Source: the human T2T-CHM13v2.0 reference genome, Homo sapiens. From it: 64,000 nt of DNA. The DNA is taken from the NCBI RefSeq assembly GCF_009914755.1, contig NC_060931.1; one strand, given 5' to 3'. The notes beneath the pieces were generated by a model that had not been told where the DNA came from, did no database searches, and was given only the letters and a program-made list of their open reading frames with translations. Both the position numbers and the translations under genes were made by a program. The first letter of the stretch is position 1; the number at the start of each line of letters is the position of its first letter. Shown here piece after piece: positions 50,201 through 63,100 of this stretch.

Positions 50201-53200
50201 CTTTTCTTAGAGCAGTTTAGAAACACTCTGCTTGTTATGCCTGCAAGTGGATATTTGGACCTCTTTGAGGCCTTCGTTGCAAACGGGGTTTCTTCCTTTC
50301 ATGCTAGACTAAGAAGAGTTCTCAGTAACTTTTTTGTGTTGTGTGTATTCAACTCACAGAGTTGAACCTTGCTTTAGAGAGAGCAGATTTGAAACACTCT
50401 CGCTGTGGAATTTTCAGGTGGAGATTTCAAGCGATTTGAGGACAATTGCAGAAAAGGAAATATCTTCGTATAATAACCAGACAGAATCATTCTCAGAAAG
50501 TGCTTTGTGATGTGTGCGTTCAACTCACAGAGTTTAACCTTTCTTTTCATAGAGGAGTTTGGAAACACACTGTTTGTAAAGTCTGCAATTGGATATATGG
50601 ACCTGTTTGAGGCCTTCGTTGGAAACGGGATTTTATCATATAATGCTAGACGGAAGAATTCTCAGTAAATTCTTTGTGTTGTGTGCATTCAACTCACAGA
50701 GTGGAACGTCCCTTTAGACAGAGCAGATTTGAAACACTCTTTTTGCGGAATTTGCAAGTGGAGATTTCTAGCCATTTGATGCCAACAGTAGAAAGGGAAA
50801 TATCTTCAAATAAAAACCAGACAGAATCATTCTCAGAAAATTCTTTGTGATGTGTGCGTTCAACTCACATAGTTTAACCTTTCTTTTCATAGAGCAGTTT
50901 GGAAACACTCTGTTTGTAAAGTCTGCAAGTGGATATATCGACCGCATTGAGGCCTTCGTTGGAAACGGGATTTCTTCATTTCATGCTAGACAGAAGAATT
51001 CTCAGTAACTTCTTTGTGCTGTGTGTATTCAACTCACAGAGTGGAACGTCCCTTTGCACAGAGCAGATTTGAAACACTCTTTTTGTGGAGTTTGCAAGTG
51101 GAGATTTCAAGCGATTTGATGCCAACAGTAGAAAACGAAGTATCTTCAAATAAAAACTAGACAAAATCATTCTCAGAAACTACTTTGTGATGTGTGCCTT
51201 CAACTCACAGAGTTTAACCTTTCTTTTCTTAGAGCAGCTTAGAAACACTCTGCTTGTTATGTCTGCAAGTTGATATTTGGACCTCTTTGAGGCCTTCGTT
51301 GCAAACGGGGTTTCTTCCTTTAATGCTAGACTAAGAAGAGTTCTCAGTAACTTTTTTGTGTTGTGTGTATTCAACTCACAGAGTTGAACCTTGCTTTAGA
51401 GAGAGCAGATTTGAAACACTCTTGCTGTGGCATTTTCAGGTGGAGATTTCAAGCGATTTGAGGACAATTGCAGAAAAGGAAATATCTTCGTATAATAACC
51501 AGACAGAATCATTCTCAGAAAGTGCTTTGTGATGTGTGCGTTCAACTCACAGAGTTTAACCTTTCTTTTCATAGAGGAGTTTGGAAACACACTGTTTGTA
51601 ATGTCTGCAATTGGATATATGGACCTGTTTGAGGCCTTCGTTGGAAACGGGATTTCTTCATTGAATGCTAGACGGAAGAATTCTCAGTAAATTCTTTGTG
51701 TTGTGTGCATTCAACTCACAGAGTGGAACGTCCCTTTAGACAGAGCAGATTTGAAACACTCTTTTTGCGGAATTTGCAAGTGGAGATTTCTAGCCATTTG
51801 ATGCCAACAGTAGAAAGGGAAATATCTTCAAATAAAAACCAGACAGAATCATTCTCAGAAAATTCTTTGTGATGTGTGCGTTCAACTCACATAGTTTAAC
51901 CTTTCTTTTCATAGAGCAGTTTGGAAACACTCTGTTTGTAAAGTCTGCAAGTGGATATATGGACCGCATTGAGGCCTTCGTTGGAAACGGGATTTCTTCA
52001 TTTCATGCTAGACAGAAGAATTCTCAGTAACTTCTTTGTGCTGTGTGTATTCAACTCACAGAGTGGAACGTCCCTTTACACAGAGCAGATTTGAAACACT
52101 CTTTTTGTGGAGTTTGCAAGTGGAGATTTCAAGCGATTTGATGCCAACAGTAGAAAAGGAAATATCTTCAAATAAAAACTAGACAGAATCATTCTCAGAA
52201 ACTACTTTGTGATGTGTGCCTTCAACTCACAGAGTTTAACCTTTCTTTTCTTAGAGCAGTTTAGAAACACTCTGCTTGTTATGTCTGCAAGTGGATATTT
52301 GGACCTCTTTGAGGCCTTCGTTGCAAACGGGGTTTCTTCCTTTAATGCTAGACTAAGAAGAGTTCTCAGTAACTTTTTTGTGTTGTGTGTATTCAACTCA
52401 CAGAGTTGAACCTTGCTTTAGAGAGAGCAGATTTGAAACACTCTCGCTGTGGAATTTTCAGGTGGAGATTTCAAGCGATTTGAGGACAATTGCAGAAAAG
52501 GAAATATCTTCGTTTAATAACCAGACAGAATCATTCTCAGAAAGTGCTTTGTGATGTGTGCGTTCAACTCACAGAGTTTAACCTTTCTTTTCATAGAGGA
52601 GTTTGGAAACACACTGTTTGTAAAGTCTGCAATTGGATATATGGACCTGTTTGAGGCCTTCGTTGGAAACGGGATTTCTTCATTGAATGCTAGACGGAAG
52701 GATTCTCAGTAAATTCTTTGTGTTGTGTGCATTCAACTCACAGAGTGGAACGTCCCTTTAGACAGAGCAGATTTGAAACACTCTTTTTGCGGAATTTGCA
52801 AGTGGAGATTTCTAGCCATTTGATGCCAACAGTAGAAAGGGAAATATCTTCAAATAAAAACCAGACAGAATCATTCTCAGAAAATTCTTTGTGATGTGTG
52901 CGTTCAACTCACATAGTTTAACCTTTCTTTTCATAGAGCAGTTTGGAAACACTCTGTTTGTAAAGTCTGCAAGTGGATATATGGACCGCATTGAGGCCTT
53001 CGTTGGAAACGGGATTTCTTCTTTTCATACTAGACAGAAGAATTTTCAGTAACTTCTTTGTGCTGTGTGTATTCAACTCACAGAGTGGAACGTCCCTTTG
53101 CACAGAGCAGATTTGAAACACTCTTTTTGTGGAGTTTGCAAGTGGAGATTTCAAGCGATTTGATGCCAACAGTAGAAAAGGAAATATCTTCAAATAAAAA

Positions 53201-56200
53201 CTAGACAGAATCATTCTCAGAAACTACTTTGTGATGTGTGCCTTTAACTCACAGAGTTTAACCTTTCTTTTCTTAGAGCAGTTTAGAAACACTCTGCTTG
53301 TTATGTCTGCAAGTGGATATTTTGACCTCTTTGAGGCCTTCGTTGCAAACGGGTTTTCTTCCTTTAATGCTAGACTAAGAAGAGTTCTCAGTAACTTTTT
53401 TGTGTTGTGTGTATTCAACTCACAGAGTTGAACCTTGCTTTAGAGAGAGCAGATTTGAAACACTCTTGCTGTGGCATTTTCAGGTGGAGATTTCAAGCGA
53501 TTTGAGGACAATTGCAGAAAAGGAAATATCTTCGTATAATAACCAGACAGAATCATTCTCAGAAAGTGCTTTGTGATGTGTGCGTTCAACTCACAGAGTT
53601 TAACCTTTCTTTTCATAGAGGAGTTTGGAAACACACTGTTTGTAAAGTCTGCAATTGGATATATGGACCTGTTTGAGGCCTCCGTTGGAAACGGGATTTC
53701 TTCATTGAATGCTAGACGGAAGAATTCTCAGTAAATTCTTTGTGTTGTGTGCATTCAACTCACAGAGTGGAACGTCCCTTTACACAGAGCAGATTTGAAA
53801 CACTCTTTTTGCGGAATTTGCAAGTGGAGATTTCTAGCCATTTGATGCCAACAGTAGAAAGGGAAATATCTTCAAATAAAAACCAGACAGAATCATTCTC
53901 AGAAAATTCTTTGTGATGTGTGCGTTCAACTCACATAGTTTAACCTTTCTTTTCATAGAGCAGTTTGGAAACACTCTGTTTGTAAAGTCTGCAAGTGGAT
54001 ATATGGACCGCATTGAGGCCTTCGTTGGAAACGGGATTTCTTCATTTCATGCTAGACAGAAGAATTCTCAGTAACTTCTTTGTGCTGTGTGTATTCAACT
54101 CACAGAGTGGAACGTCCCTTTGCACAGAGCAGATTTGAAACACTCTTTTTGTGGAGTTTGCAAGTGGAGATTTCAAGCGATTTGATGCCAACAGTAGAAA
54201 AGGAAGTATCTTCAAATAAAAACTAGACAGAATCATTCTCAGAAACTACTTTGTGATGTGTGCCTTCAACTCACCGAGTTTAACCTTTCTTTTCTGAGAG
54301 CAGCTTAGAAACACTCTGCTTGTTATGTCTGCAAGTTGATATTTGGACCTCTTTGAGGCCTTCGTTGCAAACGGGGTTTCTTCCTTTAATGCTAGACTAA
54401 GAAGAGTTCTCAGTAACTTTTTTGTGTTGTGTGTATTCAACTCACAGAGTTGAACCTTGCTTTAGAGAGAGCAGATTTGAAACACTCTTGCTGTGGCATT
54501 TTCAGGTGGAGATTTCAAGCGATTTGAGGACAATTGCAGAAAAGGAAATATCTTCGTATAATAACCAGACAGAATCATTCTCAGAAAGTGCTTTGTGATG
54601 TGTGCGTTCAACTCACAGAGTTTAACCTTTCTTTTCATAGAGGAGTTTGGAAACACACTGTTTGTAATGTCTGCAATTGGATATATGGACCTGTTTGAGG
54701 CCTTCGTTGGAAACGGGATTTCTTCATTGAATGCTAGACGGAAGAATTCTCAGTAAATTCTTTGTGTTGTGTGCATTCAACTCACAGAGTGGAACGTCCC
54801 TTTAGACAGAGCAGATTTGAAACACTCTTTTTGCGGAATTTGCAAGTGGAGATTTCTAGCCATTTGATGCCAACAGTAGAAAGGGAAATATCTTCAAATA
54901 AAAACCAGACAGAATCATTCTCAGAAAATTCTTTGTGATGTGTGCGTTCAACTCACATAGTTTAACCTTTCTTTTCATAGAGCAGTTTGGAAACACTCTG
55001 TTTGTAAAGTCTGCAAGTGGATATATGGACCGCATTGAGGCCTTCGTTGGAAACGGGATTTCTTCATTTCATGCTAGACAGAAGAATTCTCAGTAACTTC
55101 TTTGTGCTGTGTGTATTCAACTCACAGAGTGGAACGTCCCTTTACACAGAGCAGATTTGAAACACTCTTTTTGTGGAGTTTGCAAGTGGAGATTTCAAGC
55201 GATTTGATGCCAACAGTAGAAAAGGAAATATCTTCAAATAAAAACTAGACAGAATCATTCTCAGAAACTACTTTGTGATGTGTGCCTTCAACTCACAGAG
55301 TTTAACCTTTCTTTTCTTAGAGCAGTTTAGAAACACTCTGCTTGTTATGTCTGCAAGTGGATATTTGGACCTCTTTGAGGCCTTCGTTGCAAACGGGGTT
55401 TCTTCCTTTAATGCTAGACTAAGAAGAGTTCTCAGTAACTTTTTTGTGTTGTGTGTATTCAACTCACAGAGTTGAACCTTGCTTTAGAGAGAGCAGATTT
55501 GAAACACTCTCGCTGTGGAATTTTCAGGTGGAGATTTCAAGCGATTTGAGGACAATTGCAGAAAAGGAAATATCTTCGTATAATAACCAGACAGAATCAT
55601 TCTCAGAAAGTGCTTTGTGATGTGTGCGTTCAACTCACAGAGTTTAACCTTTCTTTTCATAGAGGAGTTTGGAAACACACTGTTTGTAAAGTCTGCAATT
55701 GGATATATGGACCTGTTTGAGGCCTTCGTTGGAAACGGGATTTCTTCATTGAATGCTAGACGGAAGAATTCTCAGTAAATTCTTTGTGTTGTGTGCATTC
55801 AACTCACAGAGTGGAACGTCCCTTTAGACAGAGCTGATTTGAAACACTCTTTTTGCGGAATTTGCAAGTGGAGATTTCTAGCCATTTGATGCCAACAGTA
55901 GAAAGGGAAATATCTTCAAATAAAAACCAGACAGAATCATTCTCAGAAAATTCTTTGTGATGTGTGCGTTCAACTCACATAGTTTAACCTTTCTTTTCAT
56001 AGAGCAGTTTGGAAACACTCTGTTTGTAAAGTCTGCAAGTGGATATATGGACCGCATTGAGGCCTTCGTTGGAAACGGGATTTCTTCATTTCATGCTAGA
56101 CAGAAGAATTCTCAGTAACTTCTTTGTGCTGTGTGTATTCAACTCACAGAGTGGAACGTCCCTTTACACAGAGCAGATTTGAAACACTCTTTTTGTGGAG

Positions 56201-57199
56201 TTTGCAAGTGGAGATTTCAAGCGATTTGATGCCAACAGTAGAAAAGGAAGTATCTTCAAATAAAAACTAGACAGAATCATTCTCAGAAACTACTTTGTGA
56301 TGTGTGCCTTCAACTCACAGAGTTTAACCTTTCTTTTCTTAGAGCAGTTTAGAAACACTCTGCTTGTTATGTCTGCAAGTGGATATTTGGACCTCTTTGA
56401 GGCCTTCGTTGCAAACGGGGTTTCTTCCTTTAATGCTAGACTAAGAAGAGTTCTCAGTAACTTTTTTGTGTTGTGTGTATTCAACTCACAGAGTTGAACC
56501 TTGCTTTAGAGAGAGCAGATTTGAAACACTCTCGCTGTGGAATTTTCAGGTGGAGATTTCAAGCGATTTGAGGACAATTGCAGAAAAGGAAATATCTTCG
56601 TATAATAACCAGACAGAATCATTCTCAGAAAGTGCTTTGTGATGTGTGCGTTCAACTCACAGAGTTTAACCTTTCTTTTCATAGAGGAGTTTGGAAACAC
56701 ACTGTTTGTAAAGTCTGCAATTGGATATATGGACCTGTTTGAGGCCTCCGTTGGAAACGGGATTTCTTCATTGAATGCTAGACGGAAGAATTCTCAGTAA
56801 ATTCTTTGTGTTGTGTGCATTCAACTCACAGAGTGGAACGTCCCTTTAGACAGAGCAGATTTGAAACACTCTTTTTGCGGAATTTGCAAGTGGAGATTTC
56901 TAGCCATTTGATGCCAACAGTAGAAAGGGAAATATCTTCAAATAAAAACCAGACAGAATCATTCTCAGAAAATTCTTTGTGATGTGTGCGTTCAACTCAC
57001 ATAGTTTAACCTTTCTTTTCATAGAGCAGTTTGGAAACACTCTGTTTGTAAAGTCTGCAAGTGGATATATGGACCGCATTGAGGCCTTCGTTGGAAACGG
57101 GATTTCTTCATTTCATGCTAGACAGAAGAATTCTCAGTAACTTCTTTGTGCTGCGTGTATTCAACTCACAGAGTGGAACGTCCCTTTGCACAGAGCAGA

Positions 57200-60100
57200 T
57201 TTGAAACACTCTTTTTGTGGAGTTTGCAAGTGGAGATTTCAAGCGATTTGATGCCAACAGTAGAAAAGGAAGTATCTTCAAATAAAAACTAGACAGAATC
57301 ATTCTCAGAAACTACTTTGTGATGTGTGCCTTCAACTCACAGAGTTTAACCTTTCTTTTCTTAGAGCAGCTTAGAAACACTCTGCTTGTTATGTCTGCAA
57401 GTTGATATTTGGACCTCTTTGAGGCCTTCGTTGCAAACGGGGTTTCTTCCTTTAATGCTAGACTAAGAAGAGTTCTCAGTAACTTTTTTGTGTTGTGTGT
57501 ATTCAACTCACAGAGTTGAACCTTGCTTTAGAGAGAGCAGATTTGAAACACTCTTGCTGTGGCATTTTCAGGTGGAGATTTCAAGCGATTTGAGGACAAT
57601 TGCAGAAAAGGAAATATCTTCGTATAATAACCAGACAGAATCATTCTCAGAAAGTGCTTTGTGATGTGTGCGTTCAACTCACAGAGTTTAACCTTTCTTT
57701 TCATAGAGGAGTTTGGAAACACACTGTTTGTAATGTCTGCAATTGGATATATGGACCTGTTTGAGGCCTTCGTTGGAAACGGGATTTCTTCATTGAATGC
57801 TAGACGGAAGAATTCTCAGTAAATTCTTTGTGTTGTGTGCATTCAACTCACAGAGTGGAACGTCCCTTTAGACAGAGCAGATTTGAAACACTTTTTGGCG
57901 GAATTTGCAAGTGGAGATTTCTAGCCATTTGATGCCAACAGTAGAAAGGGAAATATCTTCAAATAAAAACCAGACAGAATCATTCTCAGAAAATTCTTTG
58001 TGATGTGTGCGTTCAACTCACATAGTTTAACCTTTCTTTTCATAGAGCAGTTTGGAAACACTCTGTTTGTAAAGTCTGCAAGTGGATATATGGACCGCAT
58101 TGAGGCCTTCGTTGGAAACGGGATTTCTTCATTTCATGCTAGACAGAAGAATTCTCAGTAACTTCTTTGTGCTGTGTGTATTCAACTCACAGAGTGGAAC
58201 GTCCCTTTACACAGAGCAGATTTGAAACACTCTTTTTGTGGAGTTTGCAAGTGGAGATTTCAAGCGATTTGATGCCAACAGTAGAAAAGGAAATATCTTC
58301 AAATAAAAACTAGACAGAATCATTCTCAGAAACTACTTTGTGATGTGTGCCTTCAACTCACAGAGTTTAACCTTTCTTTTCTTAGAGCAGTTTAGAAACA
58401 CTCTGCTTGTTATGTCTGCAAGTGGATATTTGGACCTCTTTGAGGCCTTCGTTGCAAACGGGGTTTCGTCCTTTAATGCTAGACTAAGAAGAGTTCTCAG
58501 TAACTTTTTTGTGTTGTGTGTATTCAACTCACAGAGTTGAACCTTGCTTTAGAGAGAGCAGATTTGAAACACTCTCGCTGTGGAATTTTCAGGTGGAGAT
58601 TTCAAGCGATTTGAGGACAATTGCAGAAAAGGAAATATCTTCGTATAATAACCAGACAGAATCATTCTCAGAAAGTGCTTTGTGATGTGTGCGTTCAACT
58701 CACAGAGTTTAACCTTTCTATTCATAGAGGAGTTTGGAAACACACTGTTTGTAAAGTCTGCAATTGGATATATGGACCTGTTTGAGGCCTTCGTTGGAAA
58801 CGGGATTTCTTCATTGAATGCTAGACGGAAGGATTCTCAGTAAATTCTTTGTGTTGAGTGCATTCAACTCACAGAGTGGAACGTCCCTTTAGACAGAGCA
58901 GATTTGAAACACTCTTTTTGCGGAATTTGCAAGTGGAGATTTCTAGCCATTTGATGCCAACAGTAGAAAGGGAAATATCTTCAAATAAAAACCAGACAGA
59001 ATCATTCTCAGAAAATTCTTTGTGATGTGTGCGTTCAACTCACATAGTTTAACCTTTCTTTTCATAGAGCAGTTTGGAAACACTCTGTTTGTAAAGTCTG
59101 CAAGTGGATATATGGACCGCATTGAGGCCTTCGTTGGAAACGGGATTTCTTCATTTCATACTAGACAGAAGAATTCTCAGTATCTTCTTTGTGCTGGGTG
59201 TATTCAACTCACAGAGTGGAACGTCCCTTTGCACAGAGCAGATTTGAAACACTCTTTTTGTGGAGTTTGCAAGTGGAGATTTCAAGCGATTTGATGCCAA
59301 CAGTAGAAAAGGAAATATCTTCAAATAAAAACTAGACAGAATCATTCTCAGAAACTACTTTGTGATGTGTGCCTTTAACTCACAGAGTTTAACCTTTCTT
59401 TTCTTAGAGCAGTTTAGAAACACTCTGCTTGTTATGTCTGCAAGTGGATATTTGGACCTCTTTGAGGCCTTCGTTGCAAACGGGTTTTCTTCCTTTAATG
59501 CTAGACTAAGAAGAGTTCTCAGTAACTTTTTTGTGTTGTGTGTATTCAACTCACAGAGTTGAACCTTGCTTTAGAGAGAGCAGATTTGAAACACTCTTGC
59601 TGTGGCATTTTCAGGTGGAGATTTCAAGCGATTTGAGGACAATTGCAGAAAAGGAAATATCTTCGTATAATAACCAGACAGAATCATTCTCAGAAAGTGC
59701 TTTGTGATGTGTGCGTTCAACTCACAGAGTTTAACCTTTCTTTTCATAGAGGAGTTTGGAAACACACTGTTTGTAAAGTCTGCAATTGGATATATGGACC
59801 TGTTTGAGGCCTCCGTTGGAAACGGGATTTCTTCATTGAATGCTAGACGGAAGAATTCTCAGTAAATTCTTTGTGTTGTGTGCATTCAACTCACAGAGTG
59901 GAACGTCCCTTTAGACAGAGCAGATTTGAAACACTCTTTTTGCGGAATTTGCAAGTGGAGATTTCTAGCCATTTGATGTCAACAGTAGAAAGGGAAATAT
60001 CTTCAAATAAAAACCAGACAGAATCATTCTCAGAAAATTCTTTGTGATGTGTGCGTTCAACTCACATAGTTTAACCTTTCTTTTCATAGAGCAGTTTGGA

Positions 60101-63100
60101 AACACTCTGTTTGTAAAGTCTGCAAGTGGATATATGGACCGCATTGAGGCCTTCGTTGGAAACGGGATTTCTTCATTTCATGCTAGACAGAAGAATTCTC
60201 AGTAACTTCTTTGTGCTGTGTGTATTCAACTCACAGAGTGGAACGTCCCTTTGCACAGAGCAGATTTGAAACACTCTTTTTGTGGAGTTTGCAAGTGGAG
60301 ATTTCAAGCGATTTGATGCCAACAGTAGAAAAGGAAGTATCTTCAAATAAAAACTAGACAGAATCATTCTCAGAAACTACTTTGTGATGTGTGCCTTCAA
60401 CTCACAGAGTTTAACCTTTCTTTTCTTAGAGCAGTTTAGAAACATTCTGCTTGTTATGTCTGCAAGTGGATATTTGGACCTCTTTGAGGCCTTCGTTGCA
60501 AACGGGGTTTCTTCCTTTAATGCTAGACTAAGAAGAGTTCTCAGTAACTTTTTTGTGTTGTGTGTATTCAACTCACAGAGTTGAACCTTGCTTTAGAGAG
60601 AGCAGATTTGAAACACTCTCGCTGTGGAATTTTCAGGAGGAGATTTCAAGCGATTTGAGGACAATTGCAGAAAAGGAAATATCTTCGTATAATAACCAGA
60701 CAGAATCATTCTCAGAAAGTGCTTTGTGATGTGTGCGTTCAACTCACAGAGTTTAACCTTTCTTTTCATAGAGGAGTTTGGAAACACACTGTTTGTAAAG
60801 TCTGCAATTGGATATATGGACCTGTTTGAGGCCTCCGTTGGAAACGGGATTTCTTCATTGAATGCTAGACGGAAGAATTCTCAGTAAATTCTTTGTGTTG
60901 TGTGCATTCAACTCACAGAGTGGAACGTCCCTTTAGACAGAGCAGATTTGAAACACTCTTTTTGCGGAATTTGCAAGTGGAGATTTCTAGCCATTTGATG
61001 TCAACAGTAGAAAGGGAAATATCTTCAAATAAAAACCAGACAGAATCATTCTCAGAAAATTCTTTGTGATGTGTGCGTTCAACTCACATAGTTTAACCTT
61101 TCTTTTCATAGAGCAGTTTGGAAACACTCTGTTTGTAAAGTCTGCAAGTGGATATATGGACCGCATTGAGGCCTTCGTTGGAAACGGGATTTCTTCATTT
61201 CATGCTAGACAGAAGAATTCTCAGTAACTTCTTTGTGCTGTGTGTATTCAACTCACAGAGTGGAACGTCCCTTTGCACAGAGCAGATTTGAAACACTCTT
61301 TTTGTGGAGTTTGCAAGTGGAGATTTCAAGCGATTTGATGCCAACAGTAGAAAAGGAAGTATCTTCAAATAAAAACTAGACAGAATCATTCTCAGAAACT
61401 ACTTTGTGATGTGTGCCTTCAACTCACCGAGTTTAACCTTTCTTTTCTGAGAGCAGCTTAGAAACACTCTGCTTGTTATGTCTGCAAGTTGATATTTGGA
61501 CCTCTTTGAGGCCTTCGTTGCAAACGGGGTTTCTTCCTTTAATGCTAGACTAAGAAGAGTTCTCAGTAACTTTTTTGTGTTGTGTGTATTCAACTCACAG
61601 AGTTGAACCTTGCTTTAGAGAGAGCAGATTTGAAACACTCTTGCTGTGGCATTTTCAGGTGGAGATTTCAAGCGATTTGAGGACAATTGCAGAAAAGGAA
61701 ATATCTTCGTATAATAACCAGACAGAATCATTCTCAGAAAGTGCTTTGTGATGTGTGCGTTCAACTCACAGAGTTTAACCTTTCTTTTCGTAGAGGAGTT
61801 TGGAAACACACTGTTTGTAATGTCTGCAATTGGATATATTGACCTGTTTGAGGCCTTCGTTGGAAACGGGATTTCTTCATTGAATGCTAGACGGAAGAAT
61901 TCTCAGTAAATTCTTTGTGTTGTGTGCATTCAACTCACAGAGTGGAACGTCCCTTTAGACAGTGCAGATTTGAAACACTTTTTGGCGGAATTTGCAAGTG
62001 GAGATTTCTAGCCATTTGATGCCAACTGTAGAAAGGGAAATATCTTCAAATAAAAACCAGACAGAATCATTCTCAGAAAATTCTTTGTGATGTGTGCGTT
62101 CAACTCACATAGTTTAACCTTTCTTTTCATAGAGCAGTTTGGAAACACTCTGTTTGTAAAGTCTGCAAGTGTATATATGGACCGCATTGAGGCCTTCGTT
62201 GGAAACGGGATTTCTTCATTTCATGCTAGACAGAAGAATTCTCAGTAACTTCTTTGTGCTGTGTGTATTCAACTCACAGAGTGGAACGTCCCTTTACACA
62301 GAGCAGATTTGAAACACTCTTTTTGTGGAGTTTGCAAGTGGAGATTTCAAGCGATTTGATGCCAACAGTAGAAAAGGAAATATCTTCAAATAAAAACTAG
62401 ACAGAATCATTCTCAGAAACTACTTTGTGATGTGTGCCTTCAACTCACAGAGTTTAACCTTTCTTTTCTTAGAGCAGCTTAGAAACACTCTGCTTGTTAT
62501 GTCTGCAAGTGGATATTTGGACCTCTTTGAGGCCTTCGTTGCAAACGGGGTTTCTTCCTTTAATGCTAGACTAAGAAGAGTTCTCAGTAACTTTTTTGTG
62601 TTGTGTGTATTCAACTCACAGAGTTGAACCTTGCTTTAGAGAGAGCAGATTTGAAACACTCTCGCTGTGGAATTTTCAGGTGGAGATTTCAAGCGATTTG
62701 AGGACAATTGCAGAAAAGGAAATATCTTCGTATAATAACCAGACAGAATCATTCTCAGAAAGTGCTTTGTGATGTGTGCGTTCAACTCACAGAGTTTAAC
62801 CTTTCTTTTCATAGAGGAGTTTGGAAACACACTGTTTGTAAAGTCTGCAATTGGATATATGGACCTGTTTGAGGCCTTCGTTGGAAACGGGATTTCTTCA
62901 TTGAATGCTAGACGGAAGGATTCTCAGTAAATTCTTTGTGTTGAGTGCATTCAACTCACAGAGTGGAACGTCCCTTTAGACAGAGCAGATTTGAAACACT
63001 CTTTTTGCGGAATTTGCAAGTGGAGATTTCTAGCCATTTGATGCCAACAGTAGAAAGGGAAATATCTTCAAATAAAAACCAGACAGAATCATTCTCAGAA

